From: an uncultured SAR86 cluster bacterium
Lineage (GTDB): Bacteria > Pseudomonadota > Gammaproteobacteria > Magnimaribacterales > Magnimaribacteraceae
NCBI GenBank assembly: GCA_902570225.1
Contig: CACFXJ010000001.1
Location: 86,780-150,779 of the forward strand
Length of the DNA stretch: 64,000 bases
Direction: 5' to 3'
Both the position numbers and the translations under genes were made by a program. The notes below the pieces were generated by a model. It did no database searches. It worked only from the letters and a program-made list of their open reading frames with translations, and was not told the origin of the DNA. The number at the start of each line of letters is the position of its first letter. Position 1 is the first letter of the stretch. This document shows, piece after piece, positions 1 to 11,108 of this stretch.

Positions 1-1
1 A

Positions 2-1078
2 GGCACAACAGCAGAATATCTTAAAAACTTTTTTATGGCTTCTGGAAAGAAAGTAGGAGTTTACACTTCTCCTCATTTAATCGAATTCAATGAAAGAATT
101 AAGATTAATAATATTTCATCTTCTGACGAAGAGATTATTAAATCTTTTGAGAAAATTGATAAAATTAAGAATAAAACACGTCTAACATACTTCGACTTCG
201 CCACTCTTGCAGCTTTTGATATTTTTTCGAAAGAAGATCTAGATATCGCTATTCTGGAAATTGGTATCGGAGGAAAGTATGACCCTGTTAATCTTATTGA
301 TGCAGACTTATCAGTTATCACAAATATAGAACTAGACCATGAGAAATGGCTTGGCTCATCTTTGGAAGAAATAGGGCATCAAAAGGCCGCTATCCTTAAA
401 CCAGGAAAGTTGGCTATTTTGGGTTCAGGGATAATGCCTGCATCTGTAATATCTCAAGCTAAAAAAACTTGCACCTATTATCAACTCAATAGTGATTTCC
501 TGATCCAGGAATATGACTCAGGCTGGACTTATAATTTTGTAGATAAAGATTTCGAGATAAAAGGCCTACCTTATGGAAATCTCAATAGAGAATCAGCTGC
601 AAGTGCTATTACTGCATTCCAGATTTTGAGCGAAGAAGATATTGACTTTAAATCGATTATTGAAAGTACAAATTTAAAAGGAAGATGCGATGTGATTGAT
701 AATTTTATATTAGATGTTTCACATAACCCTGCTTCTGTAAAAAACCTTATATCCTTTGTTGCTAAGGACTATAAAGATACAAAATTTAGTGCAATATTTT
801 CTTCTATGAATGACAAAGATAATGTTTCAATCATCAATGAAATATCCCACTTAATTAATGAGTGGAATATTTGCTCTATTTCTGATGATAGATTTGATGC
901 TGAATCTTTGATGGTGCTCACTAAAACCCTTACAGATACTAAAATTAATAAATTGACTACAGTTTATTCAGCCGTTGAAAGAGGTTACCATGAAGGCACA
1001 CCTCAAATTGTTTTTGGTTCTTTTATAACAGTTAGTGAGGCATATAAAGCTTTAGAAAAATTAAAAAGTCAGCTGTGA
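2..1078 (+). CDS. folC: Bifunctional folylpolyglutamate synthase/dihydrofolate synthase (5'-truncated by window edge)
   Basis: Frame is open from base 2 (GTTAEYL, tail of the GTNGKG P-loop); YTSPHL, EIGIGG.YD..N and LDVSHNPAS motifs; folC-dedD-cvpA-purF order. Confidence 0.93.
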   Translation, partial: GTTAEYLKNFFMASGKKVGVYTSPHLIEFNERIKINNISSSDEEIIKSFEKIDKIKNKTRLTYFDFATLAAFDIFSKEDLDIAILEIGIGGKYDPVNLIDADLSVITNIELDHEKWLGSSLEEIGHQKAAILKPGKLAILGSGIMPASVISQAKKTCTYYQLNSDFLIQEYDSGWTYNFVDKDFEIKGLPYGNLNRESAASAITAFQILSEEDIDFKSIIESTNLKGRCDVIDNFILDVSHNPASVKNLISFVAKDYKDTKFSAIFSSMNDKDNVSIINEISHLINEWNICSISDDRFDAESLMVLTKTLTDTKINKLTTVYSAVERGYHEGTPQIVFGSFITVSEAYKALEKLKSQL

Positions 1079-1527
1079 AGTTAATTAATTATTCTCTATT
1101 ACTATTTATCAGTATTTTCATCTTTTTATCTTTTGTAATTGAGCCTGTACGCTTTGAAGAAACTGACCAAACTAATTTTTCAAATGATCTTCGAGGGATA
1201 AATCTCAATATTGCTCTTGATGATAATTTATCTGAAGCAGAGCCTTCAGACATCGATATCAATACTTTGCAAGATGATATTAGAACGAATTTTTCTCCAG
1301 CTTGGACGGTCAAAATTGATTCTTACAATGATTTGAAACAATTAGAAAGTGATTTGAATGAACTAAAGAAAATAGGATACAAAGTTTATTCGCTTTATGA
1401 TGGCGAAGATAAACTCAATTATTCTTTATTTATTGGGCCAACCTTAAAAAGGGAAGATTCAGTAAAAATCCAGAAGGAAATTTCCAATCTTCAGAGATTC
1501 AATCCAGAAGTTTTAAGGTATGAGTGA
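1075..1527 (+). CDS. dedD: SPOR-domain cell division protein (DedD-like)
   Basis: N-terminal TM helix; C-terminal SPOR-like region (WTVKIDSY...LFIGP); lies between folC and cvpA. Confidence 0.7.
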   Translation: MKLINYSLLLFISIFIFLSFVIEPVRFEETDQTNFSNDLRGINLNIALDDNLSEAEPSDIDINTLQDDIRTNFSPAWTVKIDSYNDLKQLESDLNELKKIGYKVYSLYDGEDKLNYSLFIGPTLKREDSVKIQKEISNLQRFNPEVLRYE

Positions 1528-2047
1528 AGAGTTGGCATTAATAGACTGGGCAACAATTACTTTAATTGCAGTTTTTGGCATAACAGGTTTTTTTAATGGT
1601 TTTATAAAAGAATTATTCTCAGCTGCTGCTTGGATTGTTTCTTTAGCTTTATCTTGGTTATACGGACCACTTCTTTTCCCATACGTACAAGAATTCATTG
1701 CAACTGATTCAATAAAAAATATTATTAGTTTTATCTTACTTTTTCTGATCTCTTTTATAACACTTAAAATAATCGGATCTATAGTTTCCAAATTTTTGAA
1801 TGCCATAGGCTTAAAGGGCTTAGACAAGTTACTGGGTATGTTCTTTGGGGCTTTAAAAACTATTGCTGTATTGAGTAGTATCTTTATTTTTAATCTGAAT
1901 TATTTAGATACAAATAAATGGTGGATAGATTCTTATTCAAGAATATATTCAATAAAGTTTTATGAATATTCGAAACCAGTTTTTGATGAATGGATTAATA
2001 AAGCCGATACTATTCTTCAGAAAGATAATTCTAAAATAACACTTTGA
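1520..2047 (+). CDS. cvpA: CvpA family membrane protein (colicin V production)
   Basis: GF.NGFIKE and LDKLLGMFFG motifs, 4 TM helices, directly upstream of purF. Confidence 0.9.
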   Translation: MSEELALIDWATITLIAVFGITGFFNGFIKELFSAAAWIVSLALSWLYGPLLFPYVQEFIATDSIKNIISFILLFLISFITLKIIGSIVSKFLNAIGLKGLDKLLGMFFGALKTIAVLSSIFIFNLNYLDTNKWWIDSYSRIYSIKFYEYSKPVFDEWINKADTILQKDNSKITL

Positions 2048-2062
2048 TATAGAATAGGAAGG

Positions 2063-3544
2063 ATGTGCGGCGTAGTTGGAATAGTAAGTCAAACAGAGGT
2101 TTCTCCTCTAATTTATGATGCATTAACCATACTGCAACATAGAGGACAGGATGCAGCTGGTATAGCCACATCAACTAACAATAGATTCTTTATTCGTAAA
2201 CAACTTGGTCTAGTTCGGGATGTCATCAGAAACCAACACATACTGACCCTAAGAGGGCAGATGGGTATAGGCCATGTCAGGTATCCAACCGCAGGTAGTG
2301 AGGATAGAGAGCTTGCGCAGCCAATGTATGTTAACTCTCCCTTTGGGATCAGTATTTCTCATAATGGTAACCTTACAAATATTGAGGAATTGAGAGAGAC
2401 TTTAGTGAACAAAGACCTAAGGCATTTAAATACTGATTCTGATAGTGAAGTTTTATTAAATGTATTTGCTCATGAATTACAGAAACAAGGTTCAGTAAAA
2501 CCAGGATCAAGAGAGATATTTGCTGCAGTTAGATCTTTGCATAAAAGAGTAAGAGGCGCTTATTCAGTCGTAATTATGATCAACGGTATTGGGATTGTAG
2601 GATTTAGGGATCCATTTGGTATAAGACCTCTAATTGTTGGTTCAAAAGAGAATGACTTAATTGGCAAGGATTACATGATTGCATCGGAGAGCACCGTTTT
2701 AGATTCTTTGGGCTACGAGACTATTGATGATATATCTGCCGGTTCTGCTGTTTTTATTAGTGCAGAAGGAGAAATAGAAAGCGAATCCTGTATAAATAAC
2801 CCTATTCCTACTCCTTGTATTTTTGAGTATGTATATCTTGCAAGACCTGATGCAAAGATAGATAAGATTTCCGTTCATAAATCTAGATTAAGAATGGGAG
2901 AATATCTAGCTAATAAGATAATGAATCAAAGGCCTGAACATGATATCGATGTTGTGATACCAATTCCTGACAGCAGCACAACTTCAGCACTACAACTTGC
3001 TACAACTTTAGGTGTTAAGTATCGAGAAGGTTTTGTTAAGAACAGGTATATTGGTAGGACCTTTATCATGCCTTTTCAAGAAAAGCGTGAAAAGTCAGTT
3101 AAGCAAAAATTAAATCCTATTGATCTTGAGTTTCAAGATAAGGTTGTTTTATTGGTTGACGATTCTATTGTTCGAGGAACAACCAGTAGGCAGATAATTG
3201 AAATGGCCAGATCTTCTGGAGCTAAGAAGGTCTATTTTGCTTCAGCTGCTCCACCAATTAGATATCAAAATGTATACGGTATAGATATGGCAGCTACTAC
3301 AGAGTTAGTCGCACACAAAAGAACTGAAGAAGAGATAGAAGAATTTATTAAAGCTGATTGGTTAATTTATCAAGATTTAGAAGATCTCATCATGGCTGCC
3401 CAAAAGGGTAATGAGGATATTAAGCAATTCGAATGCTCGATATTTAATGGCCTGTACGTAACTGATGATATTGACGACAAATATTTGAAGAATTTGGAAG
3501 ATGTGCGTAATGATAAATCCAAAATCTCAAGACAAATCAACTAA
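2063..3544 (+). CDS. purF: Amidophosphoribosyltransferase
   Basis: N-terminal [26 protein letters not shown] site [10 protein letters not shown]. Confidence 0.98.
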   Translation: MCGVVGIVSQTEVSPLIYDALTILQHRGQDAAGIATSTNNRFFIRKQLGLVRDVIRNQHILTLRGQMGIGHVRYPTAGSEDRELAQPMYVNSPFGISISHNGNLTNIEELRETLVNKDLRHLNTDSDSEVLLNVFAHELQKQGSVKPGSREIFAAVRSLHKRVRGAYSVVIMINGIGIVGFRDPFGIRPLIVGSKENDLIGKDYMIASESTVLDSLGYETIDDISAGSAVFISAEGEIESESCINNPIPTPCIFEYVYLARPDAKIDKISVHKSRLRMGEYLANKIMNQRPEHDIDVVIPIPDSSTTSALQLATTLGVKYREGFVKNRYIGRTFIMPFQEKREKSVKQKLNPIDLEFQDKVVLLVDDSIVRGTTSRQIIEMARSSGAKKVYFASAAPPIRYQNVYGIDMAATTELVAHKRTEEEIEEFIKADWLIYQDLEDLIMAAQKGNEDIKQFECSIFNGLYVTDDIDDKYLKNLEDVRNDKSKISRQIN

Positions 3545-6120
3545 CTCTTTACTTCCTCTATAGTAACAGATGGCAAAATAGCTGAATTAGCCGCCTCTTT
3601 ATAGGATGCTATCTCATGAAAATTAAGGTATCTATAAACATCGGCGCTCATCGCATTAATTTCTGACATATAATTTGAGTATTCATCCGCAGTAGGTATA
3701 TGTCCCAGTGTAGCAGCTATAGCGGCAACCTCTGCTGAAGCCAGGAATACATTTGCACCATCTCCTAACCTATTAGGAAAGTTACGAGTTGATGTAGATA
3801 CCACTGTCGCTTCTGCTTCGACTCTAGCTTGATTCCCCATACATAAAGAACAACCCGGCATTTCTAATTGCACACCGGCGTTTTCAAATATTTCATAATA
3901 TCCTTCTTGAGTGAGTTGATGTTTATCCATTTTTGTAGGAGGTGAGACCCACAGTTTTGAGGGCAATTCTGATGCATTTTCCAACAATTTACCTGCAGCT
4001 CTGAAGTGACCAATATTGGTCATACAAGAACCAATAAAGACTTCATCAATATTAGTATTAGCAACTTCAGATAAAGTTTTTATATCATCTGGGTCATTCG
4101 GACATGCTAAAAGTGGTTCTTTTATTTCATTAAGATCTATTTCAATAACAGCAGCGTATTCAGCATCATCATCAGCTTCCATAAGTACAGGATTTTCTAG
4201 CCAAGCTTCCATAGCCTGAGCTCTTCTCTCCAAAGTGTTTTTATCTTCATAACCTTCTGAAATAAGCCATCTTAAAAGAGTTATATTAGACTCTAAGTAT
4301 TCTCTAATAGGTTCTTCATTGAGTTTTATGGTACACCCCGATGCTGATCTTTCAGCAGAAGCATCCGACAATTCAAAGGCTTGTTCCACTTTTAAATCGG
4401 GTAAACCTTCTATTTCTAAACATCTGCCAGAAAATACATTTATCTTCCCCTCTTTGGGTAGTGTCAGTTGACCAGATTGCAGGGCAGCATAAGGGATGGC
4501 ATTTACTAAATCTCTTAATGTAATTCCCGGTTGTATTTCCCCTTTAAATCTTACCAAAACAGATTCAGGCATATCCAAAGGCATAACTCCTAAAGCAGCT
4601 CCAAAAGCAACTAGACCCGATCCAGCTGGAAAACTGATTCCTAGTGGAAAGCGGGTATGAGAGTCTCCCCCTGTACCCACCATATCTGGAAGTAACATTC
4701 TATTTAGCCAAGAGTGAATAATACCATCTCCAGGCCTTAGAGCTACTCCCCCTCTGGTTTGGATGAACTCCGGAAGAGTGTGCTGCATTTCTATATCTTT
4801 AGGTAATGGATATGCGGCGGTGTGACAGAAAGATTGCATTACCAAATCTGAGTTAAAGCCTAAACAAGCTAGCTCTTTCAATTCATCTCTTGTCATAGGG
4901 CCTGTGGTATCCTGACTACCAACCGTAGACATTCTTGGTTCACAGTAGATACCAGGTCTTATGCCTTCAACTCCGCAGGCTTTTCCAACCATCTTCTGTG
5001 CAAGTGTAAAACCTTTTTCACTTTTTTCCGCTTCTTCAGGACGCACAAAGACTTTTGAAGAGCTTAACTTAAGAATTTCTCTTGTCTCATCTGTGAGGCT
5101 TCTGCCAATAATGAGAGGTATTCTGCCACCAGCCCTCACTCCGTCTAATAATGTATTAGATTTATATTCGTAGCTACATAAAACCTCTTTTGTATCGTAG
5201 TTAACAACTTTCTGCTCATATGGATATATTTCAATTACATCCCCTAAATTCATTCTGCTAACATCACACTCAAAGGCTAAAGCCCCAGAATCCTCTAAAG
5301 TATTGAAGAATATAGGAGCTATTTTGCCTCCTATACATATGCCCGCTTGCTTTTTATTTGGGATGAAGGGGATATCCTCTCCTATATGCCATAAAAGTGA
5401 ATTTGTAGCTGATTTTCTTGAAGAGCCTGTTCCTACCACATCGCCGACAAAAACTACCGGAAGACCTGATTCTTTTAACTTTTCAATAGTTCCTATCGGA
5501 TCATCCATGGTCTTCTTTAACATTGCAAGAGCATGAAGTGGGATATCAGGTCTAGAGGGTGCATCTGGAGCAGGAGACAAGTCATCAGTATTAATTTCTC
5601 CTTCAACACGAAAGACTATTGCTTTAATTACTTCTGGAAGTTTTGGTTTATTTGTAAACCATTCACCATTAGACCAAGAATCAACAACTCTTTGAGCATT
5701 TTCATTTTTCTTAGCTAGTTCAATTACATCGTGCTTGGCATTAAACATTAAAAGAGTTTTGCTTAAGCCCTCGGCTGCTAAAGAACCTACTTCTTCATCT
5801 TCTAATAAGCCTATTAGTGATTCCACATTATAGCCACCCAACATTGTTCCTAATAGCTCGGTAGCATGTTTTTTATCAATGAGTGGTGAGTTGGTCTCTC
5901 CTTTAGCAATTGCCGTTAAGAAGGCAGCTTTCACGTAAGCTGCAGGGTCAACTCCCGCAGGAGTTCTGTTTGTAATAAGGTCTAATATGTATTCTTCTTC
6001 ACCACTTGGAGGAGATTTTAAAAGCTCTACGAGCTCAGAAACCTGTTCGGCATTCAAGGGCAGGGGAGGGATGCCTTGACTCAATCTTTCTTCTACATGT
6101 TCCTTGTAATTTTCTAGCAT
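3541..6120 (-). CDS. acnB: Aconitate hydratase B
   Basis: N-terminal HEAT-like domain, [30 protein letters not shown] and [10 protein letters not shown] Fe-S cysteines. Confidence 0.98.
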   Translation of the reverse strand: MLENYKEHVEERLSQGIPPLPLNAEQVSELVELLKSPPSGEEEYILDLITNRTPAGVDPAAYVKAAFLTAIAKGETNSPLIDKKHATELLGTMLGGYNVESLIGLLEDEEVGSLAAEGLSKTLLMFNAKHDVIELAKKNENAQRVVDSWSNGEWFTNKPKLPEVIKAIVFRVEGEINTDDLSPAPDAPSRPDIPLHALAMLKKTMDDPIGTIEKLKESGLPVVFVGDVVGTGSSRKSATNSLLWHIGEDIPFIPNKKQAGICIGGKIAPIFFNTLEDSGALAFECDVSRMNLGDVIEIYPYEQKVVNYDTKEVLCSYEYKSNTLLDGVRAGGRIPLIIGRSLTDETREILKLSSSKVFVRPEEAEKSEKGFTLAQKMVGKACGVEGIRPGIYCEPRMSTVGSQDTTGPMTRDELKELACLGFNSDLVMQSFCHTAAYPLPKDIEMQHTLPEFIQTRGGVALRPGDGIIHSWLNRMLLPDMVGTGGDSHTRFPLGISFPAGSGLVAFGAALGVMPLDMPESVLVRFKGEIQPGITLRDLVNAIPYAALQSGQLTLPKEGKINVFSGRCLEIEGLPDLKVEQAFELSDASAERSASGCTIKLNEEPIREYLESNITLLRWLISEGYEDKNTLERRAQAMEAWLENPVLMEADDDAEYAAVIEIDLNEIKEPLLACPNDPDDIKTLSEVANTNIDEVFIGSCMTNIGHFRAAGKLLENASELPSKLWVSPPTKMDKHQLTQEGYYEIFENAGVQLEMPGCSLCMGNQARVEAEATVVSTSTRNFPNRLGDGANVFLASAEVAAIAATLGHIPTADEYSNYMSEINAMSADVYRYLNFHEIASYKEAANSAILPSVTIEEVKS

Positions 6121-6216
6121 GATAATTTAAGTTGAAGTTTATATTTGGTGCGGCATATTATCATAATCTTCAATTTAAAGTTGCGTTGAAGTTACATAGA
6201 TATATCATGATAATCG

Positions 6217-6672
6217 ATGAGTAAGTCAGTAAAAACTCCATGCATAGGCGTCTGCTCTACAGTCTTTGGAGATGAGGTTTGTAGAGGCTGTAAAAGGTTT
6301 CAACATGAAATAATACAGTGGAATGGTTACGATGATGCAGCAAAAAGATCTGTACTTAACAGGCTCGAATTATTAAAAGTTCAAATTATGGAATCTAAGA
6401 TTCGTATCACTGATCAAGGTCTACTTCAGTCTCAATTACTCGAATACAAGATAAAATTTGATGAGGATAATGATCCACTATGTTGGATATTTGATCTTCT
6501 TCGCTCAGGTAGCCAATCTATCGTTAACACCAGTGATTTTGGTTTTGAGTTAAAAGATGATTCAGTATCAAATCTTTCTGAACTGAAAAAAGTTATGGAA
6601 GAGGAGCTTTTCAAATTATCTGAAGCCCATTACCAGAGATACTTCAATACCGAGAAGTACTTTAATGTCTAA
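6217..6672 (+). CDS. DUF1289-type Cys-rich (putative Fe-S) protein
   Basis: TPCIGVCS...VCRGCKR...W motif; lies between acnB and miaE. Confidence 0.8.
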   Translation: MSKSVKTPCIGVCSTVFGDEVCRGCKRFQHEIIQWNGYDDAAKRSVLNRLELLKVQIMESKIRITDQGLLQSQLLEYKIKFDEDNDPLCWIFDLLRSGSQSIVNTSDFGFELKDDSVSNLSELKKVMEEELFKLSEAHYQRYFNTEKYFNV

Positions 6673-7252
6673 TACTTGGGAAACTATTCTTAGCTCTCCT
6701 ACTCCTAAAGCTTGGATAGAAAAAGCTTTAGATTCTTTAGAAATTCTTATAATCGATCATGCACATTGTGAAAAAAAGGCTGCTACAACAGCTATTTCTT
6801 TAATACATAAGTATCCACATTTTAATTTAGCAAAGTCCCTCTCACCCCTTGCTAGAGAAGAGCTACTACACTTCGAGCAAGTGCTTAGGATTATGAATAA
6901 GCTTGGATTCAAGTATAAGAATTTGAAGTCAGGTAAATATGCTAAAACTTTATATGATTCTTGCTCTTCTAAAGAACCAGAGAGATTGAAGGACACATTT
7001 ATTGTTTGCTCATTGATAGAAGCTCGTTCTTGTGAAAGGTTTCATGCCTTAATTCCTCATCTGCCCCCCATGCTTAAGAATTTTTACTCCAAGTTATATG
7101 AGGCTGAAGCTCGTCACTGTGATCTTTACTTAGATCTCTATACTACTATCTATAATGAGGATTGGTCACAAAGGCTTTTCCATATATCTGCAATTGAGTC
7201 CGACTTTATAAACAAAAAAGACAACCTCTTTAGATTTCATAGCGGCCTTTAA
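6665..7252 (+). CDS. miaE: tRNA-(ms2io6A) hydroxylase (di-iron)
   Basis: DHAHCEKKAA, REEL.HFEQV, IEARSCERF, EARH ferritin-like ligands. Confidence 0.92.
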   Translation: MSNTWETILSSPTPKAWIEKALDSLEILIIDHAHCEKKAATTAISLIHKYPHFNLAKSLSPLAREELLHFEQVLRIMNKLGFKYKNLKSGKYAKTLYDSCSSKEPERLKDTFIVCSLIEARSCERFHALIPHLPPMLKNFYSKLYEAEARHCDLYLDLYTTIYNEDWSQRLFHISAIESDFINKKDNLFRFHSGL

Positions 7253-7254
7253 TG

Positions 7255-8511
7255 CTACCTCACGATCGGCATCTCTTCCCAGCTTGTAAGATATCGAGGT
7301 GATTTTAATAATCTTCTCATAGACCATGATTTTGTGATTCCTTGAGAAGCAAATGTTATCTTGCCGACTCCAGAAGAATTTATTTTATCAATTGTTTTCA
7401 TTAATTCTTTGCTATCGGCTCTTTCTTCTCTTGTTCTAAATAGATCACCTTGATATACGTCTTCATCATAAAAATCGCTTAGCATTACACCTGCCTTATT
7501 AAAATTAATATCAGTTTTGAAGATTTGTTTTGTTAGCTGCCTTGTAGCATTCAAAATATCTCTAGTATCATTTGTTGGAGAAAATAACTTATAACTTCTG
7601 AATCCATGGTATTGCTGATCTTGTTTTCGAAAGTAGTTAGTTCTCATGAAAACAGAGACCATTTTGCAATACTGATCTTCTCTTCTTAATTTTTCACATG
7701 CGCGGGATGCATAATCACTGACAGCTTCATTAATAGAATCAATATCATTAACCTTCTTGCTGAAAGTTCTGCTCACTACTATTTGTTTTTTTGTCTTTGG
7801 CTGCTGCTCTAAGCCTATGCATGGATATCCTTTTAACTCCATTACAGTCCTCTCGAGGACGCTACTAAATTTTCTCTTTATTAATTTTGTATCTACCTCT
7901 GCTAGATCTAAGGCAGTTTTTATTCCAAGGCTGTTTAGTTTTTTATTAATTCTGCTGCCAACTCCCCATACTTCTCTAACCGGCATTAGGGCCATCAATT
8001 TTTTTCGTCTATCTTCACTTGTTAGATCCACTACACCTTTAGTTGCAGGATAGTGTTTAGCACCATAGTTTGCTACTTTTGCTAAAGTCTTTGTAGGGCC
8101 TATACCAACACAAACAGGTATCCCCACCCAGCGATCTATAGTTTCCTTACATTGATAACCAAATTCTTCATAGTCTCTTAGCCCCGTAATATCTAAAAAT
8201 GCTTCATCTATGCTGTAAACCTCTACCTCTGGAGCTAGATATTCTAAGGTTTGCATTACCCTTGATGATACATCTGCATACAGTTCATAATTTGAAGAGA
8301 AAGCCACTCCTCCTTTCTTTAAAAAGGACTTTTCTATTTTGAACCAAGGTTCACACATCTTTATTCCTAGTTGCTTTGCTTCTTTAGATAAAGCAACTAC
8401 ACAACCATCATTATTTGATAAAACCACCACAGGTCGTTTTTTTATATCTGGTCTAAATATCCTTTCGCAGGATGCATAAAAGCTATTACAGTCAACTAGG
8501 GCGAAAGTCAT
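7255..8511 (-). CDS. umuC: Y-family DNA polymerase V catalytic subunit
   Basis: ALVDCNSFYASCE, VVLSNNDGC, YSIDEAF, C-terminal W.MRR...SPRY.T.W. Confidence 0.95.
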   Translation of the reverse strand: MTFALVDCNSFYASCERIFRPDIKKRPVVVLSNNDGCVVALSKEAKQLGIKMCEPWFKIEKSFLKKGGVAFSSNYELYADVSSRVMQTLEYLAPEVEVYSIDEAFLDITGLRDYEEFGYQCKETIDRWVGIPVCVGIGPTKTLAKVANYGAKHYPATKGVVDLTSEDRRKKLMALMPVREVWGVGSRINKKLNSLGIKTALDLAEVDTKLIKRKFSSVLERTVMELKGYPCIGLEQQPKTKKQIVVSRTFSKKVNDIDSINEAVSDYASRACEKLRREDQYCKMVSVFMRTNYFRKQDQQYHGFRSYKLFSPTNDTRDILNATRQLTKQIFKTDINFNKAGVMLSDFYDEDVYQGDLFRTREERADSKELMKTIDKINSSGVGKITFASQGITKSWSMRRLLKSPRYLTSWEEMPIVR

Positions 8512-8514
8512 AGC

Positions 8515-8943
8515 TTAGTAAAGATTTATAGAGGCTATCACTGTACCCGCTATCTCTAATTCCTCTTCTTGACTGATCAGTATGGGCGGATATTTTGGAT
8601 TTTCAGACATGAGACATATCTTTGGTTTCAGTAATAACCGCTTGCATGCATACGATCCATCGATTGATGCGATGACAATTTTGTTATGACTTGGCTCTAT
8701 GCTTCTATCTACCACAAGGATAGCTCCATCTCCTATATGTGCATTTATCATTGAATCTCCACTTACGCGAACAAAATATGTAGCAGCTGAATTTTTAATT
8801 AAATATTCATTCAGATCTATAGGCCTTTCTACATAATCATCAGCTGGACTTGGCCAACCTACCCGAACAGTATTCAAAAAATAGGGGATCTCTAGAAGGG
8901 ATAAATCCTCCTCTGATGCATCGCCCAGATAGTCAATTTTCAT
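8515..8943 (-). CDS. umuD: DNA polymerase V accessory subunit, S24 autopeptidase
   Basis: VG(W)PSPADDY cleavage region, V.GDSM catalytic Ser, CKRL catalytic Lys; upstream of umuC. Confidence 0.93.
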   Translation of the reverse strand: MKIDYLGDASEEDLSLLEIPYFLNTVRVGWPSPADDYVERPIDLNEYLIKNSAATYFVRVSGDSMINAHIGDGAILVVDRSIEPSHNKIVIASIDGSYACKRLLLKPKICLMSENPKYPPILISQEEELEIAGTVIASINLY

Positions 8944-8961
8944 AAGGGTTTTATAAATTAA

Positions 8962-8981
8962 TACTGTATATATATACAGTA
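8962..8981. promoter_or_regulatory. LexA (SOS) box upstream of umuDC
   Basis: TACTGTATATATATACAGTA matches the E. coli-type consensus exactly, about 18 bp upstream of the umuD start. Confidence 0.95.
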
Positions 8982-9052
8982 TAATTAAAGGATGATTTTG
9001 TAAAGCTTTTAACCTACTATTAATGAAAAAAAGATATTCGATAATAGTACAT

Positions 9053-9712
9053 ATGAAAACTTGGTTAATTTTAGTAACGATTTATGCATGCTTTTTCTTC
9101 TGGTATACGGATATGGGAGGAAAGCTAAGTGAAGACGAAATACAGGATTTCCTAATTAAGTATGATCAAAATTTAAGAAATTTCGAAATGTCTTCAGACT
9201 CCGAGGATGACTTTTATATCTCATCTGAGCTAAGAAAAGATTTTCTTCGAAAGTTTATGGAGCAAGATACCGGAAGGCAATTCATTATGGTGAACAGTAT
9301 AGAAATGAATAAGAATCCCGAAGATGTAGCGGGTGCAAATTCAGGAGAGTCAGCTGATCAACTGATGTCTAGATACATGGAGCATATGTGGCCAAATCTT
9401 CTAAAAAGAGCTTCACATCCAATCTTTGGAGGTTATGCTATCTGGGAATCTATGGATATAGTTGGTATCGAAGGGGCAGAGACTTGGGATCAAGCAGCTT
9501 TAATGAGATATAAAAGCCGTAGAGCATTCATGGAGGTAGTTACTCATCCTGACATGAGAGATAGGCATGCTTTTAAGATTGCTGCATTACAAAAGACAAT
9601 TGCATTCCCCGTTGAACCAATTGGCTATTACAGTGATCCAAGAGTTATTTTGGGGATGTTGACTTTAATTATCGGACTATTGTTTCAGTTGCTTTTTGTA
9701 TCTAGGAGATAG
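9053..9712 (+). CDS. Hypothetical membrane-anchored protein (DUF1330-like core)
   Basis: TM helices at both ends; WDQAALMRYKSRRAFMEV resembles DUF1330; the start at 9053 is preferred over 9023. Confidence 0.55.
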   Translation: MKTWLILVTIYACFFFWYTDMGGKLSEDEIQDFLIKYDQNLRNFEMSSDSEDDFYISSELRKDFLRKFMEQDTGRQFIMVNSIEMNKNPEDVAGANSGESADQLMSRYMEHMWPNLLKRASHPIFGGYAIWESMDIVGIEGAETWDQAALMRYKSRRAFMEVVTHPDMRDRHAFKIAALQKTIAFPVEPIGYYSDPRVILGMLTLIIGLLFQLLFVSRR

Positions 9713-10424
9713 GAAAATTTTTTAGCTCGCAAGAGCTGGAGTCCATCCATATATACCAGCCGTATGTATCCCAATCTCCTAAAACAATCCTTTCAGCAGG
9801 CTGATCATTGACTTTAATATTATGAGATTTTGGCCTATGTGTATGGCCATGTATTAGCAGATTGACGGAAGACTCTTCCATTATTCTAATAACTTCAGTT
9901 GTAGATACATCCATAATTTCATCTTTCTTAATCTCAGTTGCCTCTTTACTAATGGTCCTTAGATTAAGAGCAATTTCCTGCCTCTCCTGAATAGACTTAT
10001 TCAGAAATTCATCTTGCCATTTGGGATCTCTACTAGTTTTTCTAAAGGCCTGATAATCATGATCCTCTGTACAGAGTAAATCTCCATGCATTAGGAGAAC
10101 ATTGTTTCCAAACATTTCTTCAATAGTAGGATCATGAAGAAGTTCGAAACCAGAGGAAGACGCAAATTTTGTTCCAATCAAGAAATCCCTATTACCATGC
10201 AAGAAAAAGATTTTTGTAGTCTTGTTAGTCTTTAGCAGGGCTGCCTGGATTTCTGAGATGAAATTATTTTGATCATCATCGCCTATCCAGGCTTCAAATA
10301 AATCTCCAAGGATATATAGCTTTTCAGCTTTAGAGGCAGTATCGTCAAGAAACTCTAGAAATGCTTTAGTAATATCTGGCCTACTTTCTTGCAAGTGGAG
10401 ATCAGATATAAAACAGTAAGCCAT
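9702..10424 (-). CDS. lpxH: UDP-2,3-diacylglucosamine diphosphatase
   Basis: FISDLHL, LGDLFEAWIGDD, HGNRDFL, HGHTH, LGDW; downstream of ppiB. Confidence 0.95.
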   Translation of the reverse strand: MAYCFISDLHLQESRPDITKAFLEFLDDTASKAEKLYILGDLFEAWIGDDDQNNFISEIQAALLKTNKTTKIFFLHGNRDFLIGTKFASSSGFELLHDPTIEEMFGNNVLLMHGDLLCTEDHDYQAFRKTSRDPKWQDEFLNKSIQERQEIALNLRTISKEATEIKKDEIMDVSTTEVIRIMEESSVNLLIHGHTHRPKSHNIKVNDQPAERIVLGDWDTYGWYIWMDSSSCELKNFPIS

Positions 10425-10443
10425 TCTTTCTTTTTTAATTAAT

Positions 10444-11034
10444 TTATTCAGTGGTGACTTTGGTATCTATTATAGAAATTTCTTCAAGAGGCACGTCTTG
10501 GTGAAAACCAGAGGAACCTGTAGCAGCAGAGGCAATAGATTCAACAGTTTCAAAGCCATCGACAACCTCTCCAAAGACTGCGTAACCCCAGCCTTGAATA
10601 GTTTCTTCTGTATGATCTAAAGAGACATTATTTACCAAGTTGATGAAGAATTGAGAGCTCGCTGAATGAGGATCATTGGTACGAGCCATTGATAAAGACC
10701 ACTTAAGGTTTTTTAAACCATTATTTGCTTCATTCATAATGGGGGGATTGCCTTCTTTGTTAACCATACCGGATTCCATCCCTCCACCCTGTATAACAAA
10801 ATCTGGAATTACTCTGTGGAATAAGGTTCCATTAAAAAAACCACTTTCTGCATACTCTAAGAAGTTTTTTGATGTTACAGGTGCTTCTTCTTCAAAAAGC
10901 TCTATTACAATTGGGCCTAGTGTTGTTTCAAAAGTTATCACTTTTATCTCCTTTTCATTTTGAGAACAGCCCGCAATCCAAGAAAGCCCAATAAAAATTA
11001 TAACTAAGCTTAAGAGGGAAGTGAGTTTGTTCAT
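10444..11034 (-). CDS. ppiB: Cyclophilin-type peptidyl-prolyl isomerase with lipoprotein-like signal
   Basis: FHRVI..F.IQGGG, MART.DPHSA.SQFFIN, WGYAVFG; N-terminal hydrophobic stretch ending IAGC. Confidence 0.85.
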   Translation of the reverse strand: MNKLTSLLSLVIIFIGLSWIAGCSQNEKEIKVITFETTLGPIVIELFEEEAPVTSKNFLEYAESGFFNGTLFHRVIPDFVIQGGGMESGMVNKEGNPPIMNEANNGLKNLKWSLSMARTNDPHSASSQFFINLVNNVSLDHTEETIQGWGYAVFGEVVDGFETVESIASAATGSSGFHQDVPLEEISIIDTKVTTE

Positions 11035-11108
11035 ATTTCTTTTAAATTCATATGCGTGAGGAGGCTATAATACGAACTTTATGGTTAAGCTTCCAATATA
11101 TTAAGGAC

